A model generated the notes under the pieces. The model ran no database searches, was not told the origin of the DNA, and saw only the letters and a list, made by a program, of their open reading frames with translations. 57,310 bases of DNA. Origin: Candidatus Kuenenbacteria bacterium (GTDB lineage Bacteria > Patescibacteriota > Patescibacteriia > UBA11705 > JABHMO01). This document shows, one piece after another, positions 32,014-39,910 of the stretch. Location of the stretch: assembly GCA_013202715.1 (NCBI GenBank), contig JABMRF010000046.1, positions 1 to 57,310 of the forward strand, written 5' to 3'. A program made the translations under genes and the position numbers. Positions within the stretch are counted from its first letter, which is position 1. Every line of letters starts with the position of its first letter.

Positions 32014-32535
32014 CTAATGAATATTCATCATTCGTGAAAAAACCTCACTAAACTCTTCTTCATCTTTTTCTAAATCCTCATCCAAATAGGTTAACAAAGC
32101 CTCACGAATTTTCAGTGGATTTGCATTTTCCAGAGGAATCGGTAGATTTCTTTTAAGATTACTATGAAAACTCAAATATAAATATTTCACATCCGGCGGT
32201 TCATAAATGAGCCAAAAACTCTTTATAGCCTTATACGGAAAAAACTCACGATCGATAATTATTCCATCCTCTGCAAGTACTACAGGGACCGATCGCGGTG
32301 CTTCAAAATATTGGTAAACAACTGTAAAAACTCCCAGAACTAAAATTATCGCAAAAAGATAATTACCAATCAATACCGCATAAAGAATTAATAGAGCGAG
32401 AATTACTGATACTGAAATATACCAAGCTTTGCTTCTACGCTTTTCAGTATATTCCGGAAATTCCCAATTAACAAAGACTTCACCAACATCACTTGGGACA
32501 TTTGGCGATGCTAGATACTTAAGATAGTTTTTCAT
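32014..32535 (-). CDS. Hypothetical two-TM protein with C-terminal PH-like domain
   Basis: WEFPEY...RSK.WY, two TM helices, then a beta-rich domain; common CPR-type protein. Confidence 0.65.
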   Translation of the reverse strand: MKNYLKYLASPNVPSDVGEVFVNWEFPEYTEKRRSKAWYISVSVILALLILYAVLIGNYLFAIILVLGVFTVVYQYFEAPRSVPVVLAEDGIIIDREFFPYKAIKSFWLIYEPPDVKYLYLSFHSNLKRNLPIPLENANPLKIREALLTYLDEDLEKDEEEFSEVFSRMMNIH

Positions 32536-32556
32536 ATTTTTGTATTTTTATTTTTA

Positions 32557-33060
32557 TTATATACTTTCTACAATATCTACTTGTTTTTCAATAACTACAT
32601 CACCTTTACCAAAAACAAACTTAGCTTGTAATAGATTTTCTTCTAAAACTTGAGGTACCCAAAATTCATCATCTGGCCACATTTCACTATAAGGTATATC
32701 CTTGGCATCGAACCATTTTGGATTCATTTCTTCTGTTTCAATCGGTTCTCCTTTCCAATCATCAGTAAAATATACATGTACCATTTGATTCCATAAATGA
32801 TTATGAGGAAAATAAAATGATAATTCAGCTACTTTAATAAGTTGATTCACATCAACACCAATTTCTTCTTTTGTTTCTCTTTTAGCTGCTTGTTCAATTG
32901 TTTCATTTGTTTCAACTTTACCACCGACTCCATTCCAGCGATTTATACCAAAACCTCGTTTTTTCATAGCTAGACAAATCTCTGTTATTCGATCATCCGT
33001 TCTTTTTATTAAAAAGACTAAAGTTGCATTTCTTAGTTTTTCTAAAACTACTTTAGACAT
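32557..33060 (-). CDS. Nudix hydrolase (8-oxo-dGTPase / MTH1-like)
   Basis: Nudix box GGKVE.NETIEQAAKRETKEEIGV; KKRGFG..RWNG and MWPDD.FW motifs. Confidence 0.9.
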   Translation of the reverse strand: MSKVVLEKLRNATLVFLIKRTDDRITEICLAMKKRGFGINRWNGVGGKVETNETIEQAAKRETKEEIGVDVNQLIKVAELSFYFPHNHLWNQMVHVYFTDDWKGEPIETEEMNPKWFDAKDIPYSEMWPDDEFWVPQVLEENLLQAKFVFGKGDVVIEKQVDIVESI

Positions 33061-33070
33061 ATTTTTTTCA

Positions 33071-33161
33071 TGGCGGAGAGAGTGGGATTCGAACCCACGG
33101 AAGGCTATGAACCTTCAACGGTTTTCAAGACCGTCGCCTTCAACCACTCAGCCATCTCTCC
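33071..33161 (-). tRNA. tRNA-Ser(TGA)
   Basis: GGAGAGA acceptor, ACGGT-CTTGAAA-ACCGT anticodon arm, long variable arm, TTCGAAT T-loop, G73, CCA; 91 nt. Confidence 0.95.
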
Positions 33162-33441
33162 ACGGTTTTTTATCTCTTACCTTTTCAGGATTAGGATGTC
33201 CATGCTTGATCAAATTTTCCTTCTTAATTCGACTCCATCTTTTAACCTGTAGCTCTCTTCTTCGAGCTTCAATAAGAGTATCATATTCTTCAAGATAGAC
33301 TATTTTTGCAGAACCATGTTGTCTAATCCAGTGACTTCCTTCACCCCTATTATGACGTTCTATTCTTTGATTCGGATCATCAGTACAACCTATATATAAA
33401 CTATTATCAGGACAACGAGCAAAGTAAACAAAGTAACTCAT
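33148..33441 (-). CDS. Small stand-alone GIY-YIG nuclease (copy 1)
   Basis: MSYFVYFARC.DNSLYIGCT...RIERHN.G...A...E..VK.W.R. Start trimmed to 33441. Stop lies 14 nt inside tRNA-Ser(TGA). Confidence 0.88.
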   Translation of the reverse strand: MSYFVYFARCPDNSLYIGCTDDPNQRIERHNRGEGSHWIRQHGSAKIVYLEEYDTLIEARRRELQVKRWSRIKKENLIKHGHPNPEKVRDKKPWRDG

Positions 33442-33455
33442 ATTGATAATTTTAT

Positions 33456-33544
33456 CCCTGCCTTTCGACTCTCTTCGTTCGCTCAAGGCACTCGACTCGC
33501 TTCGATATTTGGTCGAAGACCACGAGCGAGCGAAGCGAGTCGAG
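33456..33544. repeat. Composite palindrome abutting the tRNA-Ser(GCT) CCA end
   Basis: Perfect 14-bp inverted repeat 33491-33504/33531-33544 enclosing a TGGTC-GAA-GACCA mini-hairpin, plus a CCTTTCGAC...GCTCAAGGCA element at 33456-33491. Confidence 0.8.
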
Positions 33545-33634
33545 TGGCGGAGAGGGAGGGATTCGAACCCTCGAGACCGGTAAAGGTCTAACACCTTAGC
33601 AGGGTGCCCCTTTCAACCACTCAGGCACCTCTCC
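33545..33634 (-). tRNA. tRNA-Ser(GCT)
   Basis: GGAGAGG acceptor, GCACC-CTGCTAA-GGTGT anticodon arm, long variable arm, T-arm GAGGG-TTCGAAT-CCCTC, G73, CCA; 90 nt. Confidence 0.95.
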
Positions 33635-33874
33635 ATTAATAATTCTTTTAAATGCATTCCCTCCTTTATATGACTTCACCTTTTTCTCTATCAACCGAGC
33701 GTCTTTTATTGTTTTACAAGAAAGATAATACAAAGGCTCCCATGGCCCATTTATTTTTGTATACAATCCGCCATACCCGTTATTATGCGCCTTAAATCTA
33801 TTTGTAAAATTATCGGTTGAACCAATGTAATGTTTTTTATTTTTTAAACTCCTCAATATATAAACTATCGGCAT
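33596..33874 (-). CDS. Small stand-alone GIY-YIG nuclease (copy 2)
   Basis: VYILRS....HYIGST.....R...HN.G...YTK..GPW......EKKVKSYK. The last 13 codons (GEVPEWLKGAPC*) are tRNA-Ser(GCT) nt 1-39. Confidence 0.88.
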   Translation of the reverse strand: MPIVYILRSLKNKKHYIGSTDNFTNRFKAHNNGYGGLYTKINGPWEPLYYLSCKTIKDARLIEKKVKSYKGGNAFKRIINGEVPEWLKGAPC

Positions 33875-33876
33875 AT

Positions 33877-33937
33877 CTTACAGGGTGTCCCTTTCAATTC
33901 ACCCCGCCATCGGCGGGGCAAGCTCAGGCACCTCTCC
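33877..33937 (-). pseudogene. Degenerate duplicate of the tRNA-Ser(GCT) 5' half with hairpin insertion
   Basis: GGAGAGGTGCCTGAG-CTTG-[CCCCGCCGATGGCGGGGTGAA]-TTGAAAGGGACACCCTG-TAAG versus tRNA GGAGAGGTGCCTGAGTGGTTGAAAGGGGCACCCTGCTAAG. Confidence 0.85.
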
Positions 33938-34005
33938 ATAATTTAAATGACAAATGCCAAATATCAAATGACAAACTTCCGTAATCAATTCATTGTTGCT
34001 GCTCT

Positions 34006-34034
34006 AACTTAGCAAAAATTCATTAATTTGTCAA
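34006..34034 (-). promoter_or_regulatory. sigma70-type promoter for the tRNA-Ser/GIY-YIG cluster
   Basis: TTGACA-N17-TAAGTT with extended -10 TG, about 70 nt upstream of the pseudo-half. Confidence 0.6.
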
Positions 34035-34038
34035 CCCG

Positions 34039-34953
34039 CTAAACTTTCAAATATCGGCCAATTGCAATGCCACTACTGACCACATTGAGTAAAACAACCG
34101 CGCCCAATTCTGCAAAGAAAATTGCGAAAAAATTACTGTTATAATATTCAATTAAATTAAAATTATAAGTCTCTAAAAATGAAGTCAGGTATGGCCCGAT
34201 TGCGCCAAAAATTAGGTACAATAAAGCAAATGCGATTAAGCATGAAAAAATTGAGAACAAAATACTTTCTACCAAAAATGGAGCGCGAATAAAAGAGTTG
34301 CTGGCACCGACCAGACGCATCACGGAAATTTCTTCCCGATGAGTGTAGATCGTAACCCGAATTGCATTAAACACGATCAGAACGGCAATCAAGGCGAAAA
34401 TAATTGTTAAACCCAGACTCACATTTTCTACTTTTTCACTGAGAAGATTAACCCGACTAATAATTTTTTTGTGATCTGTATAATTCTGATATTTAATAAT
34501 TTCTTGATTTTCCTGTAAATTTAAGACATTCAAAATCTGATTATAATCTTCTATATTTTGCGCTTTGACGATCAAGGCGTCAAGCAAAGGATTTTTTTCA
34601 ACTTCCCTCAAAGCTTCCAAAATAGAAGCGTCATCTTTGTGTTTTTCCTTGAACGAATCAAGTGCCTGCTCCTTTGAAATGAAAACTGTTTCTTTTACTT
34701 GTGGCATCTTTCTAATTTTTTCCTGAAAATTATCAACCTGAGCCTGAGGTACATCCGTCTTGAAGAACACACTAACATCCACCTTGTCTTTGACAGAAGT
34801 TACAACGCTGTCAGAAATCGCATTCAGAGAAACCAAAATATTAACTGAAAGTAATGCCAAGACTAAAACCGTAATTGTAACTAAAGACAACCAGATATTT
34901 CTACCAAAGTCCTGAAATGCATATTTTAGAATCCGAAACGATGAGTGCGTCAT
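34039..34953 (-). CDS. ftsX: Cell division permease FtsX
   Basis: Four TM helices with a periplasmic loop; R.EI.VMRLVGAS..FIR.PF; adjacent to ftsE. Confidence 0.93.
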   Translation of the reverse strand: MTHSSFRILKYAFQDFGRNIWLSLVTITVLVLALLSVNILVSLNAISDSVVTSVKDKVDVSVFFKTDVPQAQVDNFQEKIRKMPQVKETVFISKEQALDSFKEKHKDDASILEALREVEKNPLLDALIVKAQNIEDYNQILNVLNLQENQEIIKYQNYTDHKKIISRVNLLSEKVENVSLGLTIIFALIAVLIVFNAIRVTIYTHREEISVMRLVGASNSFIRAPFLVESILFSIFSCLIAFALLYLIFGAIGPYLTSFLETYNFNLIEYYNSNFFAIFFAELGAVVLLNVVSSGIAIGRYLKV

Positions 34954-35008
34954 ACTTTATTTTTAATTTTTATTTTTGTATGTGGTTTTTCATTTTGCAT
35001 TTTACATT

Positions 35009-35689
35009 TTATAAAACGTACCGCCCAACCTTCTGATCACTCACAACCTGACCATGATCCAAAACAACCACGCGTTTCTTGAGCATATTAACAACGTCTC
35101 TATTGTGAGTAACTAACAAAACGGTTGTGCCAAGTTCGTTAATTCTTTCCAGTAATCCAACAATTTCTTTTGTATTTGTTAAATCCAAATTCCCAGTCGG
35201 CTCATCAGCGACTAAAATCTTTGGTCGGTGAATCAAGGCACGGGCAATACCAACTCGCTGCTGTTCTCCACCGGAAAGTTGACGCGGATATTTCTCAGCT
35301 TTGTGGCCCAGATTAACGACTTTTAATATTTGGGGAATTATTTTCTTTATTTTCTTGCCGGAAGCACCGCAAGCCTCCAATGCAAAAGCAATGTTTTCAA
35401 AAACCGTTTTTTGCGGTAATAATTTATAATCCTGAAAGATGACACCAATCTGTCTTCGTAATATCGGAATTTCGCGAAAATGAATATTGGAAATATCCCA
35501 ACCACTGATCACAACACTTCCTTTGGTTAAACGTTCTTCAGCAGTTAAAAGTTTAACAATTGTTGTTTTTCCACTTCCGCTTTGGCCGATAATTGACAAA
35601 AATTCACCCGGTCGAATATTAAGACTAACCCCTTTGAGAGCGTAAGTGTCTGGATGGTAAAATTTAGTTACATTACGAAATTTAATCAT
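35009..35689 (-). CDS. ftsE: Cell division ATP-binding protein FtsE
   Basis: GQSGSGKT, VIFQDYKLL, LSGGEQQRV, ADEPTGNLD. Confidence 0.93.
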   Translation of the reverse strand: MIKFRNVTKFYHPDTYALKGVSLNIRPGEFLSIIGQSGSGKTTIVKLLTAEERLTKGSVVISGWDISNIHFREIPILRRQIGVIFQDYKLLPQKTVFENIAFALEACGASGKKIKKIIPQILKVVNLGHKAEKYPRQLSGGEQQRVGIARALIHRPKILVADEPTGNLDLTNTKEIVGLLERINELGTTVLLVTHNRDVVNMLKKRVVVLDHGQVVSDQKVGRYVL

Positions 35690-35697
35690 AATTTTTG

Positions 35698-35786
35698 CTT
35701 TTGCGTAGTTTCGCGTAAAGTTTCGCGTTATTTCGCGGAATAGACGTCAACGCTAAACAGCGCAAAATAAAACGCCAAACAACGCT
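35698..35786. repeat. Inverted 10-11-mer array pair
   Basis: TTTCGCGT units facing AACGC(T/C)AAA units, between the RlpA-like gene and ftsE. Confidence 0.65.
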
Positions 35787-36564
35787 AATTAATACTACTA
35801 ACGAGTATATTCTTTAGAATGCCCCAGCTCAAATGGCCAAGTTCCTGGAAGGCAACTTTATCGAGATCAATCACGCGCAATGGAAAAATACTTCTATCCG
35901 GCCCGTAATCATTTACAGTTACAACAATTTCTTTGCCGGTATCCAAATCCTTTACTTTTAGTTGTGTTCCTTTTTCATAATCAGGAGACGCGGCACACAT
36001 ACACCCCTTGTACCCGTACCAGCTGGCATCGCCAATCTGCAATATTTCTGAATGTTTGAGGACAACCATTTTGGCATATGGTAAATGAAGAATTGACTTC
36101 ATTGTTTCCACATCGCCAACTTCTGACGGAAGTTCAACCCACTCGTTGATTACACCATTCCAGAAAAATATTTTTTTCAAATGAGTTGTTTCTTCCAGGG
36201 TTTTAATCCGAATCTTGAGTGGCAAATCATCTTGAAATGCGTCTTTATTATAAATATCAAATTCATAAATGTCGCTAATCGGACTCCAATTTTCAGGATA
36301 TTCAAAAAGACTCTTATCGTACTGTTTTACAATTACTCTGGTCTCTTCAGCTAAAACTTCCGGATAAATTCCCAGACGAAAGTTCTGATCACCACTGACA
36401 ACGGTGTATCCTTTGGAAATCGTTGCCTGATCAATATAAATGTCTGTAATCAAAGTCACAACCTTGGCATTCACGCCACCAGCCATAAACAAGCACACAA
36501 TTAATACGCCAACAACTACTAATTTATGTTTTCTCATAACTATTTTATTTCTTCTGTATTTCAA
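35785..36564 (-). CDS. Secreted protein with C-terminal RlpA-like double-psi beta-barrel
   Basis: Signal peptide; G.ASWY...AAS....GT.L.V......V.V.VND.GP...RVIDL. Confidence 0.75.
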   Translation of the reverse strand: MKYRRNKIVMRKHKLVVVGVLIVCLFMAGGVNAKVVTLITDIYIDQATISKGYTVVSGDQNFRLGIYPEVLAEETRVIVKQYDKSLFEYPENWSPISDIYEFDIYNKDAFQDDLPLKIRIKTLEETTHLKKIFFWNGVINEWVELPSEVGDVETMKSILHLPYAKMVVLKHSEILQIGDASWYGYKGCMCAASPDYEKGTQLKVKDLDTGKEIVVTVNDYGPDRSIFPLRVIDLDKVAFQELGHLSWGILKNILVSSIN

Positions 36565-36594
36565 CTATATTTCTATCTATTTCAATTTATTTCC

Positions 36595-37647
36595 TTAATC
36601 CAAATCTACAAACTTCCAGATTTTAGCTTCATCCATATACTCAGCCATATATTCGTCAAAAGAAGTCGGACTGATCAAAATATGTCTAGCGTGAACCATT
36701 TCTTCCATTCCTTCTTCTGCCTCATCAAATTCTTTTTTCTCTTCAACCTTTATAATATGATAGCCAAACTGAGTTTTAACTAAATCTGAAACAGTGCCCA
36801 CTTCCATTGCAAACGCGACATCTTCAAATTCCTGTACCATAACACCCTTTGGAAACCAACCCAAATCACCACCTTGTTCACCGCTTCCAGGATCATCACT
36901 AAATTCAATAGCTAGATCTTCAAAAGATTTATCCCCACTATTAACAAGTTTTAAAACCATTTTTGCCTCTTTTTCGACCGCGGCCTGTGCTTTTTCTGAT
37001 CCTGAGATTTCACTTCTTAATTTTTCTTCAAGAACAATTGGATAAATAATCCGCTCACTAAAAACATTCAGATCCCAACCAAACAGATCCTTGATTTCCT
37101 GCTCTAATTTTTCAGGACCTTCTTGCTGATCTGCTAAACCATTTATTTTTTCTTGAAGATCTTCTTCTGTTACTTTGACATCAAATCCTTTTGCTATTTT
37201 TCTAAGTATGATTTCCTGAGTTAATTTATCGAGTACACCTGCCTGTATTTCTAAAACATCCGCCTCGCCAAATCTTTTTTGATTGAACATCACGCCGGCA
37301 TCAGTCTCAAATTTCCAGTCATGATAGGTAATAATCTTTCCATCGACCATTGCTGCAGGGTATGGGATAGCGCTCATTAAACCATTTGCAAATTTATTAT
37401 CCCACCCAAATTTATAAACTCCGAAGCCACTGATCCCCAAGGCAAAGACAATAAGCACGACAATACTCACAACGATCAAGAGAACTCTTCTATCCCAATC
37501 TTTGACATGGGTAACAGCTTTCCTAGCTCCATTTGCCGCTTTTTTGCTACCTGACTTTAGCTTTTTCTTTACTTTTTCTAGTTTGTTTTTTTTCTCTTTA
37601 TGTTCATCCTTTTCCAATTTGTTTTCACTCTCGTGTAAATTTTCCAT
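36595..37647 (-). CDS. PrsA/SurA-like parvulin peptidyl-prolyl isomerase
   Basis: N-terminal TM, SurA-N-like region, FEDLA.EFSDD.GS...GGDLGWF.KG.MV.EFE, FGYHIIKV. Confidence 0.88.
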   Translation of the reverse strand: MENLHESENKLEKDEHKEKKNKLEKVKKKLKSGSKKAANGARKAVTHVKDWDRRVLLIVVSIVVLIVFALGISGFGVYKFGWDNKFANGLMSAIPYPAAMVDGKIITYHDWKFETDAGVMFNQKRFGEADVLEIQAGVLDKLTQEIILRKIAKGFDVKVTEEDLQEKINGLADQQEGPEKLEQEIKDLFGWDLNVFSERIIYPIVLEEKLRSEISGSEKAQAAVEKEAKMVLKLVNSGDKSFEDLAIEFSDDPGSGEQGGDLGWFPKGVMVQEFEDVAFAMEVGTVSDLVKTQFGYHIIKVEEKKEFDEAEEGMEEMVHARHILISPTSFDEYMAEYMDEAKIWKFVDLD

Positions 37648-37686
37648 AAATCTTATTTTATTATATTAAATTCAATAATTAAATGC

Positions 37687-38106
37687 TCACGCTTTTTCAC
37701 CAAAAAAGTATTCCCACCAGGCTAGTGCATTTTGTACTTTCATCTTGCCTGCGTCGGTAAAGCTATTTCCATTCTCCGTCAAATCATCGTCTCCTTCCTG
37801 CAGATCAAGCCCGGAAGCTGGAATAACTGCAACCATTTCTCCTCCTTTTTTTAAATTAAATTTTTCCCGTGCTTCTTGTTCAAGAAAAAAACCGCTTTCA
37901 TAATTTTCAATGGATTTTAAAAAGTCCTTTTTTTGAAATTTTAAATCCTCAAGCTCAGTCACCAATGTGTTTACTTCCTGATCAAGTTCAATCCGCTTCA
38001 AATATTCACGTGCAATTCCTGCGAACAAAATCACTAAAAAAATAATCACAAAAACTAACATAAAACTCGAGAAAAAACTTTTATGGGTTTTTCCTTTTCT
38101 ACTCAT
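37687..38106 (-). CDS. Septum formation initiator (FtsB/DivIC-like)
   Basis: TM helix plus coiled coil and E.EAREKFNLKK.GE motif. Confidence 0.8.
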   Translation of the reverse strand: MSRKGKTHKSFFSSFMLVFVIIFLVILFAGIAREYLKRIELDQEVNTLVTELEDLKFQKKDFLKSIENYESGFFLEQEAREKFNLKKGGEMVAVIPASGLDLQEGDDDLTENGNSFTDAGKMKVQNALAWWEYFFGEKA

Positions 38107-38133
38107 AAGATTATTATATCACAAATAACTTGT

Positions 38134-38760
38134 TTACAAAACATTTTCTGTCCCCTTAGATAGATGTTGCTCTATTTGTCTAATCACCTCCTCTTTTTGG
38201 CTTTTATTCAACAATTCAACCTCTGCCATGACCATTGAAACCGGGTCTACGCCGTCTTTTGGCTTTTTAACGGCCTCCGCTTTGTTTATATATTCATTGA
38301 TGATGTTCTGTAATTTTATTGGTTTGGCGATTTTAAATAATTCAAAAGGGCCCAAATCCTGAGATAAAATCAATTTCAGATTTCCATAACGGAAAAGAGT
38401 TGGGCCAATACCTTTGATAACCGCCTTGGACTCATGAATTTTTAAAAATGGAAACTCATTGACAAATTTCTCAAAAAAACCGGCCTGCTCAAAGTCAATG
38501 ATGCGCTGATTTGTAATTATAAATTTATTTTTGCGATACAGGAAAAATAAGCGCAACATGTAAAATGCTAATGCTAAAATAACTGCGCCGAACAAAATTA
38601 CCCCCCACCAGCCTTGTAAAAAAAGGTAATACATTAAAAAGAAATCCAAAATCAAAATTAACAAACTAATTACCAGATCAGGAACAACCACAATCGGGTG
38701 ATGAAAAACTGTGTGTTTGATTTTTTCGTTTTCTCGTAATTCGAAATCTTTTTGTTTCAT
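38134..38760 (-). CDS. Membrane protein with bacterial PH domain
   Basis: Two TM helices, then IITNQRIIDFEQ.GFF...YG.L. Confidence 0.75.
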   Translation of the reverse strand: MKQKDFELRENEKIKHTVFHHPIVVVPDLVISLLILILDFFLMYYLFLQGWWGVILFGAVILALAFYMLRLFFLYRKNKFIITNQRIIDFEQAGFFEKFVNEFPFLKIHESKAVIKGIGPTLFRYGNLKLILSQDLGPFELFKIAKPIKLQNIINEYINKAEAVKKPKDGVDPVSMVMAEVELLNKSQKEEVIRQIEQHLSKGTENVL

Positions 38761-38815
38761 ATAAATAGGTGATAAAAGAGATAAAGGGGATAAAGGAGAT
38801 AGAACACCCTACCGA

Positions 38816-39910
38816 TTATTTCCAATCTTCTTTAGCCTTCTTAATCATCTCAACATACTTTTTATTCGCATCTACGGGCATCATGCCGGCCATATTATTT
38901 CCCAGTCGCTCCAAGCTGTTCGGATTGGCGAATAAATTTTTAATAAGTGCTAAAAATTCATCAACTGTGATTTTCTCTTGAGCCAATGTAATAACGGCAT
39001 TCTTGCTATCAAAATAACGAGCATTTTCTTCCTGCTGGTTATTCGGGATTGGAATCAAGACGGTAGGCTTTTTGAGCGCTGAGAGCTCGGTCAAGGTTGA
39101 CAGGCCGGCGCGACAAACTATCAAATCAGCTATAGCATACACATCTGCTAATTCATGGAACAGATACTCATATTGATGATAACGTCCAGAGTTTTCAAAT
39201 TGATCTTCATCTTCCCATTCCACAATATTCCCTTTGCCAACAATATGAACAACCTGACAAATATCAATTAAATCAGTGATTGATTCAACTACAAATTTAT
39301 TTAATTCTTCTGCCCCTAAACTTCCACCCATGATAAACAAGGTTGGTAAATTCGATTCCAGTTTGAAAAACTTAATTGCATTTTCTTTATTTCCGTTAAA
39401 AATACCTTGGCGAACCGGATTTCCAGTCAAAACCGTCTTTTTCTTAGAAAAATACTTTTTTGAATCTTCAAAAGTCACAGTTATTTTCGAAGCAAACGGC
39501 GCCATAAACTTATTAGCGAGACCTGGTCGAATATCCTGTTGATGAATAATTGTCTTTTTGCGCAATATCCAGCCAGCAATAACAACCGGGACACTGACAA
39601 AACTGCCGGCCGACAAAATATAATCCGGATTAAAATCTCTAATGATTTTTATTGATTGAAAAATTCCTTTCAAAATTCGAAATGGATCAATGAAATTTTC
39701 CTTAGAAAAATATCTTCTAAATTTGCCAGATTTTATACTAAAATAAGGAAAATTTTCCTTCTCGATAATATCTTTTTCAACACCCTCTTCAGTTCCAACC
39801 CAAATAAAATCACTATTTGAACACATTTTTTGTTCAACCAATTCATGCTTAATTGCGAGCAATGGACTGACCGATCCGATCGTTCCACCGCCTGTTAGGA
39901 TGATTTTCAT
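38816..39910 (-). CDS. murG: Undecaprenyl-PP-MurNAc-pentapeptide GlcNAc transferase
   Basis: GGGT.G, HQQD..PGLAN, TGNPVR, GGSLGA, CRAG..T..E, QEENA. Confidence 0.95.
   Translation of the reverse strand: MKIILTGGGTIGSVSPLLAIKHELVEQKMCSNSDFIWVGTEEGVEKDIIEKENFPYFSIKSGKFRRYFSKENFIDPFRILKGIFQSIKIIRDFNPDYILSAGSFVSVPVVIAGWILRKKTIIHQQDIRPGLANKFMAPFASKITVTFEDSKKYFSKKKTVLTGNPVRQGIFNGNKENAIKFFKLESNLPTLFIMGGSLGAEELNKFVVESITDLIDICQVVHIVGKGNIVEWEDEDQFENSGRYHQYEYLFHELADVYAIADLIVCRAGLSTLTELSALKKPTVLIPIPNNQQEENARYFDSKNAVITLAQEKITVDEFLALIKNLFANPNSLERLGNNMAGMMPVDANKKYVEMIKKAKEDWK

Noticed and set aside
33070-33252. 60-aa ORF MAERVGFEPT...
   Set aside because: It is the antisense translation of tRNA-Ser(TGA), a common annotation artefact.
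33442-33594. 51-aa N-terminal extension of GIY-YIG copy 1 running through tRNA-Ser(GCT)
   Set aside because: It depends on a non-ATG start inside the tRNA and translates the palindrome; the GIY-YIG fold begins at Met 33441. Read-through coupling of the two nucleases cannot be excluded but is unsupported.
33545-33937. Group I intron with homing endonuclease in the tRNA-Ser anticodon loop
   Set aside because: The downstream tRNA is already complete rather than a 3' exon, the upstream half is mutated, and the roughly 280 bp between them is all ORF with no room for a ribozyme core.
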